From Deltaproteobacteria bacterium (GTDB lineage: Bacteria; Desulfobacterota; Binatia; JACPRU01), in NCBI GenBank assembly GCA_016189835.1, contig JACPRU010000078.1, positions 8,275 through 72,274 on the forward strand: 64,000 bases of DNA, read 5' to 3'. Under the pieces are notes generated by a model that saw only the letters and a list, made by a program, of their open reading frames with translations, was not told where the DNA came from and made no database searches. Each line of letters begins with the position of its first letter. Position 1 is the first letter of the stretch. Positions 45,865 through 54,246 of this stretch are shown piece after piece. The translations under genes and the position numbers were made by a program.

Positions 45865-45951
45865 TGCCGGGGGTGGGATTCGAACCCACATATCCCTCTC
45901 GGGACACAAGGTTTTAAGCCTCGCGCGTCTCGCCAGTTGCGCCACCCCGGC
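45865..45951 (-). tRNA. tRNA-Leu (anticodon UAA), type II with long variable arm; CCA not encoded
   Basis: The reverse complement is GCCGGGGTGGCGCAACTGGCGAGACGCGCGAGGCTTAAAACCTTGTGTCCCGAGAGGGATATGTGGGTTCGAATCCCACCCCCGGCA. Acceptor stem GCCGGGG/CCCCGGC, anticodon stem CGAGG/CCTTG with loop CTTAAAA, variable stem TCCC/GGGA, and T-arm GTGGG-TTCGAAT-CCCAC. Confidence 0.9.
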
Positions 45952-46190
45952 CGCAGCTCCTTGCTCTGGCTGAGAACGCGGCGCGCGGCAAGCTTCGCGA
46001 GGCCCGCGCCGCAGGTCGGCGGGTCGAGCCGGCCGATCGCAGGCGCGAGGCTCCGCGTTCGGATCGCCTGACCGCCTCGCCTGACCTGACCGCGCGCTGA
46101 CCCGACCGCGCCGCTTGACAACCCGTAGCCGACGCCGGCATGGAAGGCCACCCGCATCGACGGTCGCCGCGCGGCCGCGAGGCGACCGAC

Positions 46191-46874
46191 ATGCTCTGGT
46201 CCGTCCTGCTCTTCGGCCTCCTGCTCGGCGTCCAGCACGCGCTGGAGGCCGATCACGTGGCGGCGGTCGCCGCGCTGGCGACGCGCGCGCGCTCGGTGCG
46301 CGGCGCCGTCAGCGTCGCCTCCTGGTGGGGGATCGGCCATGCGGCCACGCTGTTCGTCTTCGGCGCGATCCTCGTCGCCCTCGGAGCCACCCTGCCGCCG
46401 GCACTCGAGCGGGCCTTCGAGCTCGCCGTCGGTCTGCTGCTGGTCCTGCTCGGCGCCGACGTGCTGCGGCGCGCCCGCCGGCGCGGCGTTCACTTCCACG
46501 TCCACGAGCACGGCCCGGACCTGCGCCATCTACACGGGCATTCGCACGCAGGCGAGAGCCGGCACGAGATCCACGAGCACCGCCACGCGCTGCCGCCGAT
46601 CCTGGTCGGCTGCGTTCACGGTCTGGCGGGATCGGCGGCGCTGATCCTGCTGTCGCTGCGGACGATGCGCACCCCCGCGCAGGCTCTGCTGTATCTGGCG
46701 ACCTTCGGCGCCGGAACGATCCTCGGCATGGTGTTGTTCGCCGTCCTCCTGTTCGTGCCGATCCGCGTCTCGGCTCGCCGCCTCGAGCGCGCCTCGCGTA
46801 CGTTCGAGGTCGCGATCGGCGCCGGCTCGCTCGCGATCGGCGCCTGGGTCGTCGTCCGCGTCGCGGCGTTCTGA
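46191..46874 (+). CDS. NicO-family nickel/cobalt transporter with His-rich loop (RcnA-like)
   Basis: The HX4DH signature is in TM1 (GVQHALEADHVAAV). The central loop HFHVHEHGPDLRHLHGHSHAGESRHEIHEHRH is His-rich. About 6 TM helices. An alternative ATG at 46140 would add 17 non-hydrophobic residues. Confidence 0.7.
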   Translation: MLWSVLLFGLLLGVQHALEADHVAAVAALATRARSVRGAVSVASWWGIGHAATLFVFGAILVALGATLPPALERAFELAVGLLLVLLGADVLRRARRRGVHFHVHEHGPDLRHLHGHSHAGESRHEIHEHRHALPPILVGCVHGLAGSAALILLSLRTMRTPAQALLYLATFGAGTILGMVLFAVLLFVPIRVSARRLERASRTFEVAIGAGSLAIGAWVVVRVAAF

Positions 46875-46907
46875 GCGCCGCCCCGCGCCCGCGGCGCCCC
46901 CGCGCGA

Positions 46908-46936
46908 TTGTGCGCCACCGTGATCGGTGTTAGGGT
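46908..46936 (+). promoter_or_regulatory. candidate promoter for the small-ORF trio
   Basis: TTGTGC (46908-46913), a 17-nt spacer, then TAGGGT (46931-46936, TAnnnT type). It would give a ~150-nt leader containing the hairpin CGGCGGCGA-N9-TCGTCGCCG. Confidence 0.25.
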
Positions 46937-47096
46937 CCGAGCACTCAACCTGACGGTTCGGCGGGAGCCCACGGCATCGCGGTCTTCACTCCCCCTTCCC
47001 CCCACCCCACTCTCAGGCAGTCTCGGCGGCGATCACAGGTGTCGTCGCCGCGAGCATTCAGCCTGAGGGTGAGCGATTCCCGAAAGGAGGGCGCCG

Positions 47097-47288
47097 ATGG
47101 TCTCCATCAGCGAGCTGTCGAGGATGGAGGGGATTCTGCGCCGGGGCGGCCAGACCGGCGGCGATTCACGGTTGTGTAGAGAATACCTCGGGAAGATCCG
47201 CATGTGGCTGGCCGTCGGCCGGGTCCCGGCCGACGTTCGGCGCCGGCTCGAGATGTTGCTCTCGCGATTCGGCAACGTTCGCTACTAG
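47097..47288 (+). CDS. hypothetical small protein (63 aa)
   Basis: ATG lies 7 nt after AAAGGAGGG. Mostly G/C third positions. No family recognised. Confidence 0.5.
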   Translation: MVSISELSRMEGILRRGGQTGGDSRLCREYLGKIRMWLAVGRVPADVRRRLEMLLSRFGNVRY

Positions 47289-47306
47289 CTCGCGCACGGA
47301 GGCATC

Positions 47307-47705
47307 ATGACGTTCCGCGACCGCCCCCTTCCTCGCTCCCAGCGCGCCGGCGACAGAGCGCCGGTCTTCGCCGTCGGTCAGCGGGCGTACGTCAGCGGAG
47401 CCGGCAGCGCGGACGGCTCCGTCGTGCTCACGGACGGCGCCAGCACCATGGCGGTGGGTCGGCTGAACGACGGGGCCGAGGTCGAGATCACCGAGTGGGT
47501 GCCACGCGGGCCGGCGACTCGCTACCGCGTGCGATCGAAGGAGCGCGCGCTGGTCGGCTGGCTGGCCGTCTCGAGCCTGCGCTCGACGCCGGCCTCCGTC
47601 CCGACCCCGAGCACCGCCGCGCCGGTCTACGTTCCGGTCGAAGCGCGGCGCTCACAGGCACCGTCGAGCGGCGGCGGCGCGTCGCTCGCCAGGCGAAAGC
47701 GCTGA
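47307..47705 (+). CDS. hypothetical protein with SH3b-like core (132 aa)
   Basis: ATG lies 4 nt after GGAGG. GAEVEITEWVPRGPATRYRVRSKERALVGWLAVSSL resembles bacterial SH3 domains. The tail is Pro/Ser-rich. Confidence 0.55.
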   Translation: MTFRDRPLPRSQRAGDRAPVFAVGQRAYVSGAGSADGSVVLTDGASTMAVGRLNDGAEVEITEWVPRGPATRYRVRSKERALVGWLAVSSLRSTPASVPTPSTAAPVYVPVEARRSQAPSSGGGASLARRKR

Positions 47706-47769
47706 CCACCGGCACGGATTTCCGGACGGAAAACAGGAGATACTGCTCACCGAGGAGGCGAGAAACGAC

Positions 47770-48060
47770 ATGGGATCCGTGGTGGAATACCGCTGTACCC
47801 GCTGCACCTTCACCAGCGGGCAGCTTTCCGTGGGATGGGGCAACGACGGACGGCGAGGCTTCTGGGGCGCGCTGGCGCGGTGCAAAGTCTGTCAGCGGCT
47901 CGGCGTGGTCGACCTCAACGCCAGGGAGCCCGACCGTGGTGGCAGGCGCTGCGCCGACTGCAACGGCCTTCTCGTCCTCTTCGAGGGCACCTCGGCGGAG
48001 ATCCAGTGCCCGCGATGCGATGCCGCGCTCCGTCACGCACCCTTGGGAAGCTGGATGTAG
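47770..48060 (+). CDS. hypothetical double zinc-ribbon protein (96 aa, four CxxC pairs)
   Basis: CTRC...CKVC...CADC...CPRC. GGAGG lies 11 nt upstream of the ATG. Confidence 0.55.
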   Translation: MGSVVEYRCTRCTFTSGQLSVGWGNDGRRGFWGALARCKVCQRLGVVDLNAREPDRGGRRCADCNGLLVLFEGTSAEIQCPRCDAALRHAPLGSWM

Positions 48061-48387
48061 CACCGCCCGCAGATTGCCGCTCACCCGCGACCATCGCGGC
48101 CATCGCCGAAACCCCCTGGACACTTTCCCGGCGGTTCGCTAAGGGAACCCGGGCCGCGCCGAGCGGCGCCCAGCGGGGCCGCCGAACCGAAGCCGATCGC
48201 GAGGGATCATCGACAAGAGCGTTCACACCCCACGCCACCGCTCCATCACCATAACGTCGTCTTCCCCCGCAGCCGCCGCCGGCGTCGCCCGCTGCTTCCC
48301 GGCCCAAGCGATCGAGTGGTGCCCGCCCCGTGAAGAGCCGCGCCGCACGCTCGATCCCGCCCGCGACCGCCGCAGGAGACCACGCCG

Positions 48388-50781
48388 ATGACCGCACCTC
48401 AGAGCGAATCCAACGATCAAGAGAAGGCGCTGTACCGGGTCGGCGAGTGGTTGATCGACAACCGCCGCTGGGCCTCGATCGTCACCATCGCCTTCACCGC
48501 CTTCATGACCTACGAGTCGTTGCAGCTCGAGATGTTCACCAGCTTCGGTGAGCTGCTGCCCTACCGACATCCCTTCGTGGCGGTCCACAACACCTACGCC
48601 AGGCAGTTCGGCGGCGCGAACAACATCACGATCATGTTCGAGGTGAAGGAAGGCACGATCTTCACCAAGGACACGCTCACCCGGATCTTCGCGGCGACGC
48701 GCGAGGTCGACCTGCTGCCGGACATCAACCACGACCAGATCGATTCGATCGGCCACCGGACCACCCGGTACCTGACGATGCAGGGCGGCTCGATCTCCTC
48801 GCCGCCGGTCATGCGCCGGCCGCCGGTCACGGAGAAGGACGTCGAGCAGGTCCGCAGCATCGTTCACTACTCGGAGAACATCCACGGCATCCTGGTCTCG
48901 CTCGACGACCAGGCGGCGCTGATCCGCGCCAACTTCCACGAGGGGCGGATCAACTACCGGCAGATCTTCTACGACATCAACCGCAACATCATCGAGCGCT
49001 ACCAGGACGACAACACGAAGATCTGGGTGGCGGGCGAGCCGCGGCTCTACGGCTGGATCTACCGCTACTCGAACGACGTGTTCTGGATCCTCGTCATCAC
49101 CTACGCGATCGAGTGGGTGCTGCGCTGGATGTACTTCCACGATTGGCGCGGCTCGCTTCGCCCGACGATCACCGGCATCCTCGCCGCGGTCTGGGGCCTC
49201 GGCTTCATCAACCTGATCGGCTTCGCCCTCGACCCGCTGATGCTGGTCGTGCCGTTCCTGATCACCGCCCGGGCGGTGAGCCACGCCATCCAGATGCACG
49301 ACCGCTACGACGAGGAGTATCAGAAGAACGCCTGGGACAAGCGCAAGGCGATCGTCGCCGCCTTCGCCGAGCTGTTCGTGCCGACCGTCTCGGGGATCGT
49401 CACCGACGCCCTGGGCGTGCTGGTGATCCTGTTGATCCCCGTGGTGATGCTGCAGAAGCTCGCGATCACCGCCTCGTGGTGGATCTTCGCCATCACCGTC
49501 TCCGAGGTGCTGCTGAACCCGATCGTCTACTTCTACCTGAAGGCGCCCGAGCCCGAGATGGTGATCCTGCGCGAGGAAGGGTGGTTCCGCAGGTTCATGG
49601 ACCGCTTGACGGACCTCACGCTGTCGCGAGCGGGCCGCATGGTGACGCTGGCGTTCTGGGGCGGCGTGGCCGTGCTGTCGTTGATCTTCCTGCGCGGGCT
49701 GACGATCGGCGACCCGACGGCCGCCTCCCCTCTCTTGTGGCAGGACTCGGCCTACAATCAGTCGCACACGCGCATCCAGCAGTTCTTCGGCGGCGTCGAG
49801 CCGCTGATCGTCGTCGTAGAGGGCAAGACCAAGAAGGCGCTGCAGGAGCCGAAGGCCCTGGAAGCGATGGAAGCCTTCCAGCGCTACGTCGATGCCGACC
49901 CGGAGATCGGCTACAGCTTCTCGCTCGCCGACATCGTCAAGTCGATCAACATGGTCTTCTTCGACACCGACCCGCGCTGGGGCGTGATCCCCGAGGAGGT
50001 CGGGCGCATCGCCAACCTGTTCTTCTTCTACTTCGCCGGCTCGCCGCCGTCGGAGACGTCGAAGTACCTCGATCCCTCCTACACCAACGGCCACGTCACG
50101 TTCTTCTGCCGCAACCACCAGGGGGATACCGTGGCGCGCATCATCGCGCGCTGCCGCGACTACATCGGCAAGTTCCCCGCGGAGAAGATCGACTTCCGGC
50201 TGGCCGGCGGCCTCATCGGCGTCACCGCCGCCGCCAACGAAGAGATCGTGCGCAACGACATCCTGATGAACGTGCTCGGCCTGGCGACGATCTACCTGAT
50301 CCTGCTCTTCACCTATCGCTCGTTCGCCGCCGGCATTTACATGCTGCTGCCGCTGTTCGTCTCCAACGCCTTCGTCAACGCGTACATGAGCGTGCGCGAC
50401 ATCGGCGTGAACCTGCACACCCTGCCGGTGGTGACGGTCGGGATCGGCTTCGGCATCGACTACGGCCTCTACATCGTCAGCCGGATCATCGAGGAGATCC
50501 GCGTGACCGGCGATCTCTACGACGCCACCAAGACCGCGCTCTGCACCACGGGCAAGGGCGTGACCTTCACCGCCGTGACGATGGTGATGAGCACGCTGTT
50601 CTGGACCTCGTCGAACATCCGCTTCGACGCCGAGATGGGCGGCCTGCTGGCGATGTGGATGGCGATCAGCTTCGTCGCCTCCCAGACGCTGATGCCGGCG
50701 CTGATCCTGGTCTTCAAGCCGAAGTTCATCACCCGCGAGATGCCGGTGCCGGCGGCATCGACGAAGGCGGCCACGGCCTGA
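48388..50781 (+). CDS. MMPL/RND-superfamily transporter (HpnN-like 'RND family transporter'), copy 1
   Basis: 797 aa. Two 6-TM bundles each follow a large periplasmic domain. FGGANNITIMFEV, GEPRLYGW and GIGFGIDYGLYIVSR are typical of the family found beside DUF1302/DUF1329 genes. Confidence 0.8.
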   Translation: MTAPQSESNDQEKALYRVGEWLIDNRRWASIVTIAFTAFMTYESLQLEMFTSFGELLPYRHPFVAVHNTYARQFGGANNITIMFEVKEGTIFTKDTLTRIFAATREVDLLPDINHDQIDSIGHRTTRYLTMQGGSISSPPVMRRPPVTEKDVEQVRSIVHYSENIHGILVSLDDQAALIRANFHEGRINYRQIFYDINRNIIERYQDDNTKIWVAGEPRLYGWIYRYSNDVFWILVITYAIEWVLRWMYFHDWRGSLRPTITGILAAVWGLGFINLIGFALDPLMLVVPFLITARAVSHAIQMHDRYDEEYQKNAWDKRKAIVAAFAELFVPTVSGIVTDALGVLVILLIPVVMLQKLAITASWWIFAITVSEVLLNPIVYFYLKAPEPEMVILREEGWFRRFMDRLTDLTLSRAGRMVTLAFWGGVAVLSLIFLRGLTIGDPTAASPLLWQDSAYNQSHTRIQQFFGGVEPLIVVVEGKTKKALQEPKALEAMEAFQRYVDADPEIGYSFSLADIVKSINMVFFDTDPRWGVIPEEVGRIANLFFFYFAGSPPSETSKYLDPSYTNGHVTFFCRNHQGDTVARIIARCRDYIGKFPAEKIDFRLAGGLIGVTAAANEEIVRNDILMNVLGLATIYLILLFTYRSFAAGIYMLLPLFVSNAFVNAYMSVRDIGVNLHTLPVVTVGIGFGIDYGLYIVSRIIEEIRVTGDLYDATKTALCTTGKGVTFTAVTMVMSTLFWTSSNIRFDAEMGGLLAMWMAISFVASQTLMPALILVFKPKFITREMPVPAASTKAATA

Positions 50782-50814
50782 GCGGGCGCGCTCTAGACAA
50801 GGAGGAACGATTCC

Positions 50815-51009
50815 ATGGAGATCGACTTTTCCAACGCGGGAATCTTTCTCATCCTGTTCACGATCGGCTTCATCCTGATGGACGAGTACGTCGCCAAGCC
50901 GCTCCGGCGCCGCCGGCTGGAGCGACGGGCGGCAACCGAGCCCAAGGTGCGCCGGGCGCTCGAGATCGCCGACGAGGTCGCGGCTCGCCACGGCGGCAAG
51001 CGGCCGTGA
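50815..51009 (+). CDS. small single-pass membrane protein (64 aa) following the RND gene
   Basis: ATG lies 8 nt after AAGGAGGAA. TM helix GIFLILFTIGFILM is followed by a basic tail. Confidence 0.55.
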   Translation: MEIDFSNAGIFLILFTIGFILMDEYVAKPLRRRRLERRAATEPKVRRALEIADEVAARHGGKRP

Positions 51010-51060
51010 AAGGGGTCGGGAGTCGTTTTCCGGACCCGGAAAACGACTCCCGACCCCTTT
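51009..51060. repeat. REP-like palindromic element, full copy with compensated 1-bp insertion
   Basis: AAAGGGGTCGGGAGTCGTTTTCCGG (51009-51033) is the complement of CCGGAAAACGACTCCCGACCCCTTT (51036-51060). The extra G in the left arm is matched by an extra C in the right arm. It lies between convergent genes. Confidence 0.85.
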
Positions 51061-51068
51061 TCCCTCGC

Positions 51069-51848
51069 TCAGCCGGATTCTTCCTCGAGCCTGGCTTGCA
51101 GCCGGCGCATGCCGCGCAGCCATCGCTCGGGGTCGAACGCCTTCTGCTCGATCCACTTCTGCGCGATCGGATCGGTGAGGATCAGGAAGCGCTCCTCGCG
51201 AACCGCGTCGACGACCATGCGGGCCACCTCTTCCGGCTCGCGGATCGGCCCGGCGGCGAGGCGCGCGAACGGCGAACCGGTGTCACCGAGCATCGGCGTG
51301 CGCACCCCGAGCGGAGCGAGCAGCGACGAGCGCACGCCGCGCTCGTGGTACGTGATCGACAGCCACTCCGCGAGGCCGACCGTCGCGTGCTTGGTCGCGG
51401 AGTAGGGGCAGTTCCCCTGCGCGGTGAGGATGCCGGCCATCGAGGCGGTCTGGATCAGGTATCCGCTGCCGCGGGCGAGCATCTCCGGCAGCACGGCGCG
51501 CACCGCGTGGACGTGCGCCATCACGTGCAGCTCCCATTGCTGCTGCCAGACCTCGAGCGGGGTGTCGAGCGGATCGGAGCCGTTGGCGACGCCGGCGTTG
51601 CTGAAGAACACGTCGATCGGGCCGCAGGCGTCGCGCGCGGCCGCGACCAGAGCGTCCACGTCCGCCTGCCGCCGAACGTCGACGGCGACGGCGAGACCGC
51701 CGATCTCGGCGGCGACCGCCCGCGCGGCGGCGCCGTTCAGGTCGGCGACCACGACGCGCGCGCCTTCGGCCGCGAACGCGCGGGCGCTGGCCGCGCCGAT
51801 GCCGCTTCCCGCTCCGGTGATGACGCTGACCTTGCCGCGTAGCTCCAT
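51069..51848 (-). CDS. short-chain dehydrogenase/reductase (SDR)
   Basis: 259 aa. TGAGSGIG, NAG and YSATK motifs are present. Confidence 0.85.
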   Translation of the reverse strand: MELRGKVSVITGAGSGIGAASARAFAAEGARVVVADLNGAAARAVAAEIGGLAVAVDVRRQADVDALVAAARDACGPIDVFFSNAGVANGSDPLDTPLEVWQQQWELHVMAHVHAVRAVLPEMLARGSGYLIQTASMAGILTAQGNCPYSATKHATVGLAEWLSITYHERGVRSSLLAPLGVRTPMLGDTGSPFARLAAGPIREPEEVARMVVDAVREERFLILTDPIAQKWIEQKAFDPERWLRGMRRLQARLEEESG

Positions 51849-51920
51849 GGCGCGACCCTATCCTCGTTCGAGCGGCCGACTCAAGCGGCTCCTTCCGATT
51901 GACAGTCGGTCGAACGCGAT

Positions 51921-51975
51921 GATACGGCGCAGTAGACTTTCGTACTACGCGATACGACGCACGATGGTTTCGTAC
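51921..51975. promoter_or_regulatory. pair of 25-nt direct repeats (30-bp period), candidate operator in a divergent promoter region
   Basis: GATACGGCGCAGTAGACTTTCGTAC (51921-51945) and GATACGACGCACGATGGTTTCGTAC (51951-51975) match at 19 of 25 positions, with the ends GATACGnCGCA and TTTCGTAC conserved. They lie between the SDR (minus) and the PQQ dehydrogenase (plus). Confidence 0.4.
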
Positions 51976-52204
51976 CATCCACATCGCGCGCGGTTCCACG
52001 CGGCAGCGCGCGGGAGTTCTCGTCGAAACCGCCGCCCGCGCGGATCGCTGTGCCCTTCGGGTACATTCACTCGCGGCGTGCGTCGGAAACGCACACCAGA
52101 TCGTCTACGCCCGGGCGATTCCGTCCACTCCCGGGCGGGAATGCTTTATGCGTATGACCGCTCGAACGACCGCGAATTCGCACCTCCCGGACTGCGAGGG
52201 AACC

Positions 52205-54175
52205 ATGTCGAAACGTGCGCTCGATGTCGCCGCAGCCATGCCCGCACCCGCCGCCGATGCCGCGGCCCTCGGCGTGCGCCGTGAGCTGCGGCGTGGTCGG
52301 GCGCGGTTGCGGCAAGCTCTCGCGCTGGCCGTCCCGCTGCTGCTGCCGATCCCTGGATACGGCTTCGCCGCCCCCGCCTGGCGATCCGTCGGCGCGCCGG
52401 TCGACGGATCGGCGGTGTTCGCGAAGCGCTGCGCTCACTGTCACACCATGGCCTTCCTGATGCCGACGCCTCAGCCGATGTCCAAGCTCGGCGAGGAGGA
52501 CATCTACGACGCCCTGTGGCGCGGCGCGATGGCCGAGATCGCCAACGGGCTCGATGACGCCGAGCGTCGCGCCGTCGCGAAGTACATCGCCGGTCTGAGC
52601 CCGGACAAGCCCGACCGCACGAGCGGCGCGCGCACCTGTGCCGCGGGCGCGAGCGGCGGTTCCCCGCCGAGCGCCGCGGGGACCGAGTGGGGGGGCTGGT
52701 CGGCGGACGCTCGCAATACGCGAGAGCAGGCGCAGCTGAAGCTCACGCCGGATCAGGTCCAGGGGCTGCGCCTCAAGTGGGCCTTCGTGTTTCCCGACGA
52801 GGCGGCGTTCACCGGCGGCGGGAACCAGATCACGGTGGTCGGCGGGCGGATCTACGTCGGCAACTTGAACAAGTGGGTCTACGCGCTCGATGCCGCGACC
52901 GGATGCGCCCACTGGACTTACCGCGCCGAGGGCCGGGTGCGCTCGGACGTGGTCGTCGCCGGCGGCGTGGCGGTATTCGGCGATCTGCTCGCCAACGTCT
53001 ACGGGCTCGACGCGGCGACGGGGCGGCTGCTCTGGAAGGTGCGCGCCGATGCGCAACCCTCGGCGAGGATCACCGGAAATCTCACGGTGCACGACGGGGT
53101 CGCCTACGTGCCCGTCTCGACTCTCCAGGAAGTCTACGGGATGAAGGGAGACGTCCCGTGCTGCAGCGGCAGCGGCAGCGTCGTCGCGATCGACGTCCGC
53201 AGCGGCGAACGAGTCTGGAAAACCTACATGGTCGAGACGCCGCTGCGCTACCTCGGGAAGACCAAGACGGGGACCGCGCGCTATGGGCCCGCCGGCGTCG
53301 TCCTGTGGGCGCCGCCGACCGTGGATGCCAAGCGCGGCGTGGTGTACGCGGCGACCGGCAACCAGCACTCCGAGCCGCTCGTCGCCGAGTCCGACGCCAT
53401 CGTCGCCCTGGACCGGAAGACCGGGGCGAAGCGCTGGATTCGCTCGCTCGCTCCGCGGCAAATGGGCGGCAAGGACATCTATCACCTCGGCTGCGAGAAG
53501 TGGGTCGACGAGACCCGCGCGACGTGCTCCCCGCTCAATCCCAAGGGGCAGGGCGACCGGGACTTCGGTTCTCCGGCCGTCCTGCAAGTCCGCGATGACG
53601 GACGAGAGATCCTGCTCGCGGGGTCGAAGGACGGCATGTTCTACGCCCTGGACCCGGACGACGAAGGCAAGGTGCTCTGGGAGGTCCGTCTCGGGCGCGG
53701 CGGCGAGACCGGCGGCATCCTCTACGGCTTCGCGACCGATCGTCGCCGAGCCTATGTTCCGATCTCGGACATGGACGCGGATCTCACGGCGGATGGTGCT
53801 CTCAATGCCGTCGATCTCATGACCGGGAACCGAGTCTGGCGCCAGCCGGTGCCGCGCGAAACGTGCCAGGGCAAGCCCCAGATGTGCTCGAACGCCATGA
53901 TGTCGCCGCCGACGCTGGTCGGCAACGTCGTGTTCGCCGGCGCCAACGACGGTTACCTGCGGGCATTCGACGCCGACGACGGTCACGTTCTCTGGCAATA
54001 CGACACCACCCGGGAGTTCGAGGGCGCGAACGGCCGCAAGGGCCACGGGGGCTCGCTGGCGTTCGGTGGCCCCGCCGTGGTGAACGGGATGCTGTTTCAG
54101 AACTCCGGGATGGGGCTGCTGAACATGGCCCTGCCCGGCAACGTGCTGCTGGCGTTCGAATACCCGACGCCGTGA
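52205..54175 (+). CDS. PQQ-type beta-propeller dehydrogenase with N-terminal c-type cytochrome domain (polyvinyl-alcohol dehydrogenase-like)
   Basis: CAHCH heme-binding site near the N-terminus, followed by repeated propeller motifs (VYALDAATGCAHW, VYGLDAATGRLLW, VVAIDVRSGERVW, IVALDRKTGAKRW, FYALDPDDEGKVLW, AVDLMTGNRVW, LRAFDADDGHVLW). The start is uncertain (ATG 52205 after GAGGGA, or ATG 52148). Confidence 0.75.
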   Translation: MSKRALDVAAAMPAPAADAAALGVRRELRRGRARLRQALALAVPLLLPIPGYGFAAPAWRSVGAPVDGSAVFAKRCAHCHTMAFLMPTPQPMSKLGEEDIYDALWRGAMAEIANGLDDAERRAVAKYIAGLSPDKPDRTSGARTCAAGASGGSPPSAAGTEWGGWSADARNTREQAQLKLTPDQVQGLRLKWAFVFPDEAAFTGGGNQITVVGGRIYVGNLNKWVYALDAATGCAHWTYRAEGRVRSDVVVAGGVAVFGDLLANVYGLDAATGRLLWKVRADAQPSARITGNLTVHDGVAYVPVSTLQEVYGMKGDVPCCSGSGSVVAIDVRSGERVWKTYMVETPLRYLGKTKTGTARYGPAGVVLWAPPTVDAKRGVVYAATGNQHSEPLVAESDAIVALDRKTGAKRWIRSLAPRQMGGKDIYHLGCEKWVDETRATCSPLNPKGQGDRDFGSPAVLQVRDDGREILLAGSKDGMFYALDPDDEGKVLWEVRLGRGGETGGILYGFATDRRRAYVPISDMDADLTADGALNAVDLMTGNRVWRQPVPRETCQGKPQMCSNAMMSPPTLVGNVVFAGANDGYLRAFDADDGHVLWQYDTTREFEGANGRKGHGGSLAFGGPAVVNGMLFQNSGMGLLNMALPGNVLLAFEYPTP

Positions 54176-54246
54176 GGTCCACGTCCATCGTCCAAGCGCC
54201 GGCGCGTTCGTGGTGAGGGTCGGAGCGGCGCAGGGAGGTCAGTGCA

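Noticed and set aside
46067-46120. Cluster of (C)CTGACC hexamers (46067-46108) followed by a perfect TTGACA (46115-46120) upstream of the Ni/Co transporter gene
   Set aside because: The repeats are short and GC-rich, so they could arise by chance. No acceptable -10 element lies 16-19 nt after the TTGACA. I could not support either a promoter or an operator call.
45823-46190. Integrated mobile element or genomic island at tRNA-Leu
   Set aside because: There is no integrase, excisionase or transposase nearby, and I saw no duplicate of the tRNA 3' end. The flanking genes are ordinary chromosomal types.
48223-51156. 977-aa minus-strand ORF covering all of RND transporter 1
   Set aside because: It is antisense to a gene with clear MMPL/RND motifs. 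The translation is Arg/Asp/Gly/His/Pro-rich low complexity with no motif. This is the typical GC-driven shadow ORF.
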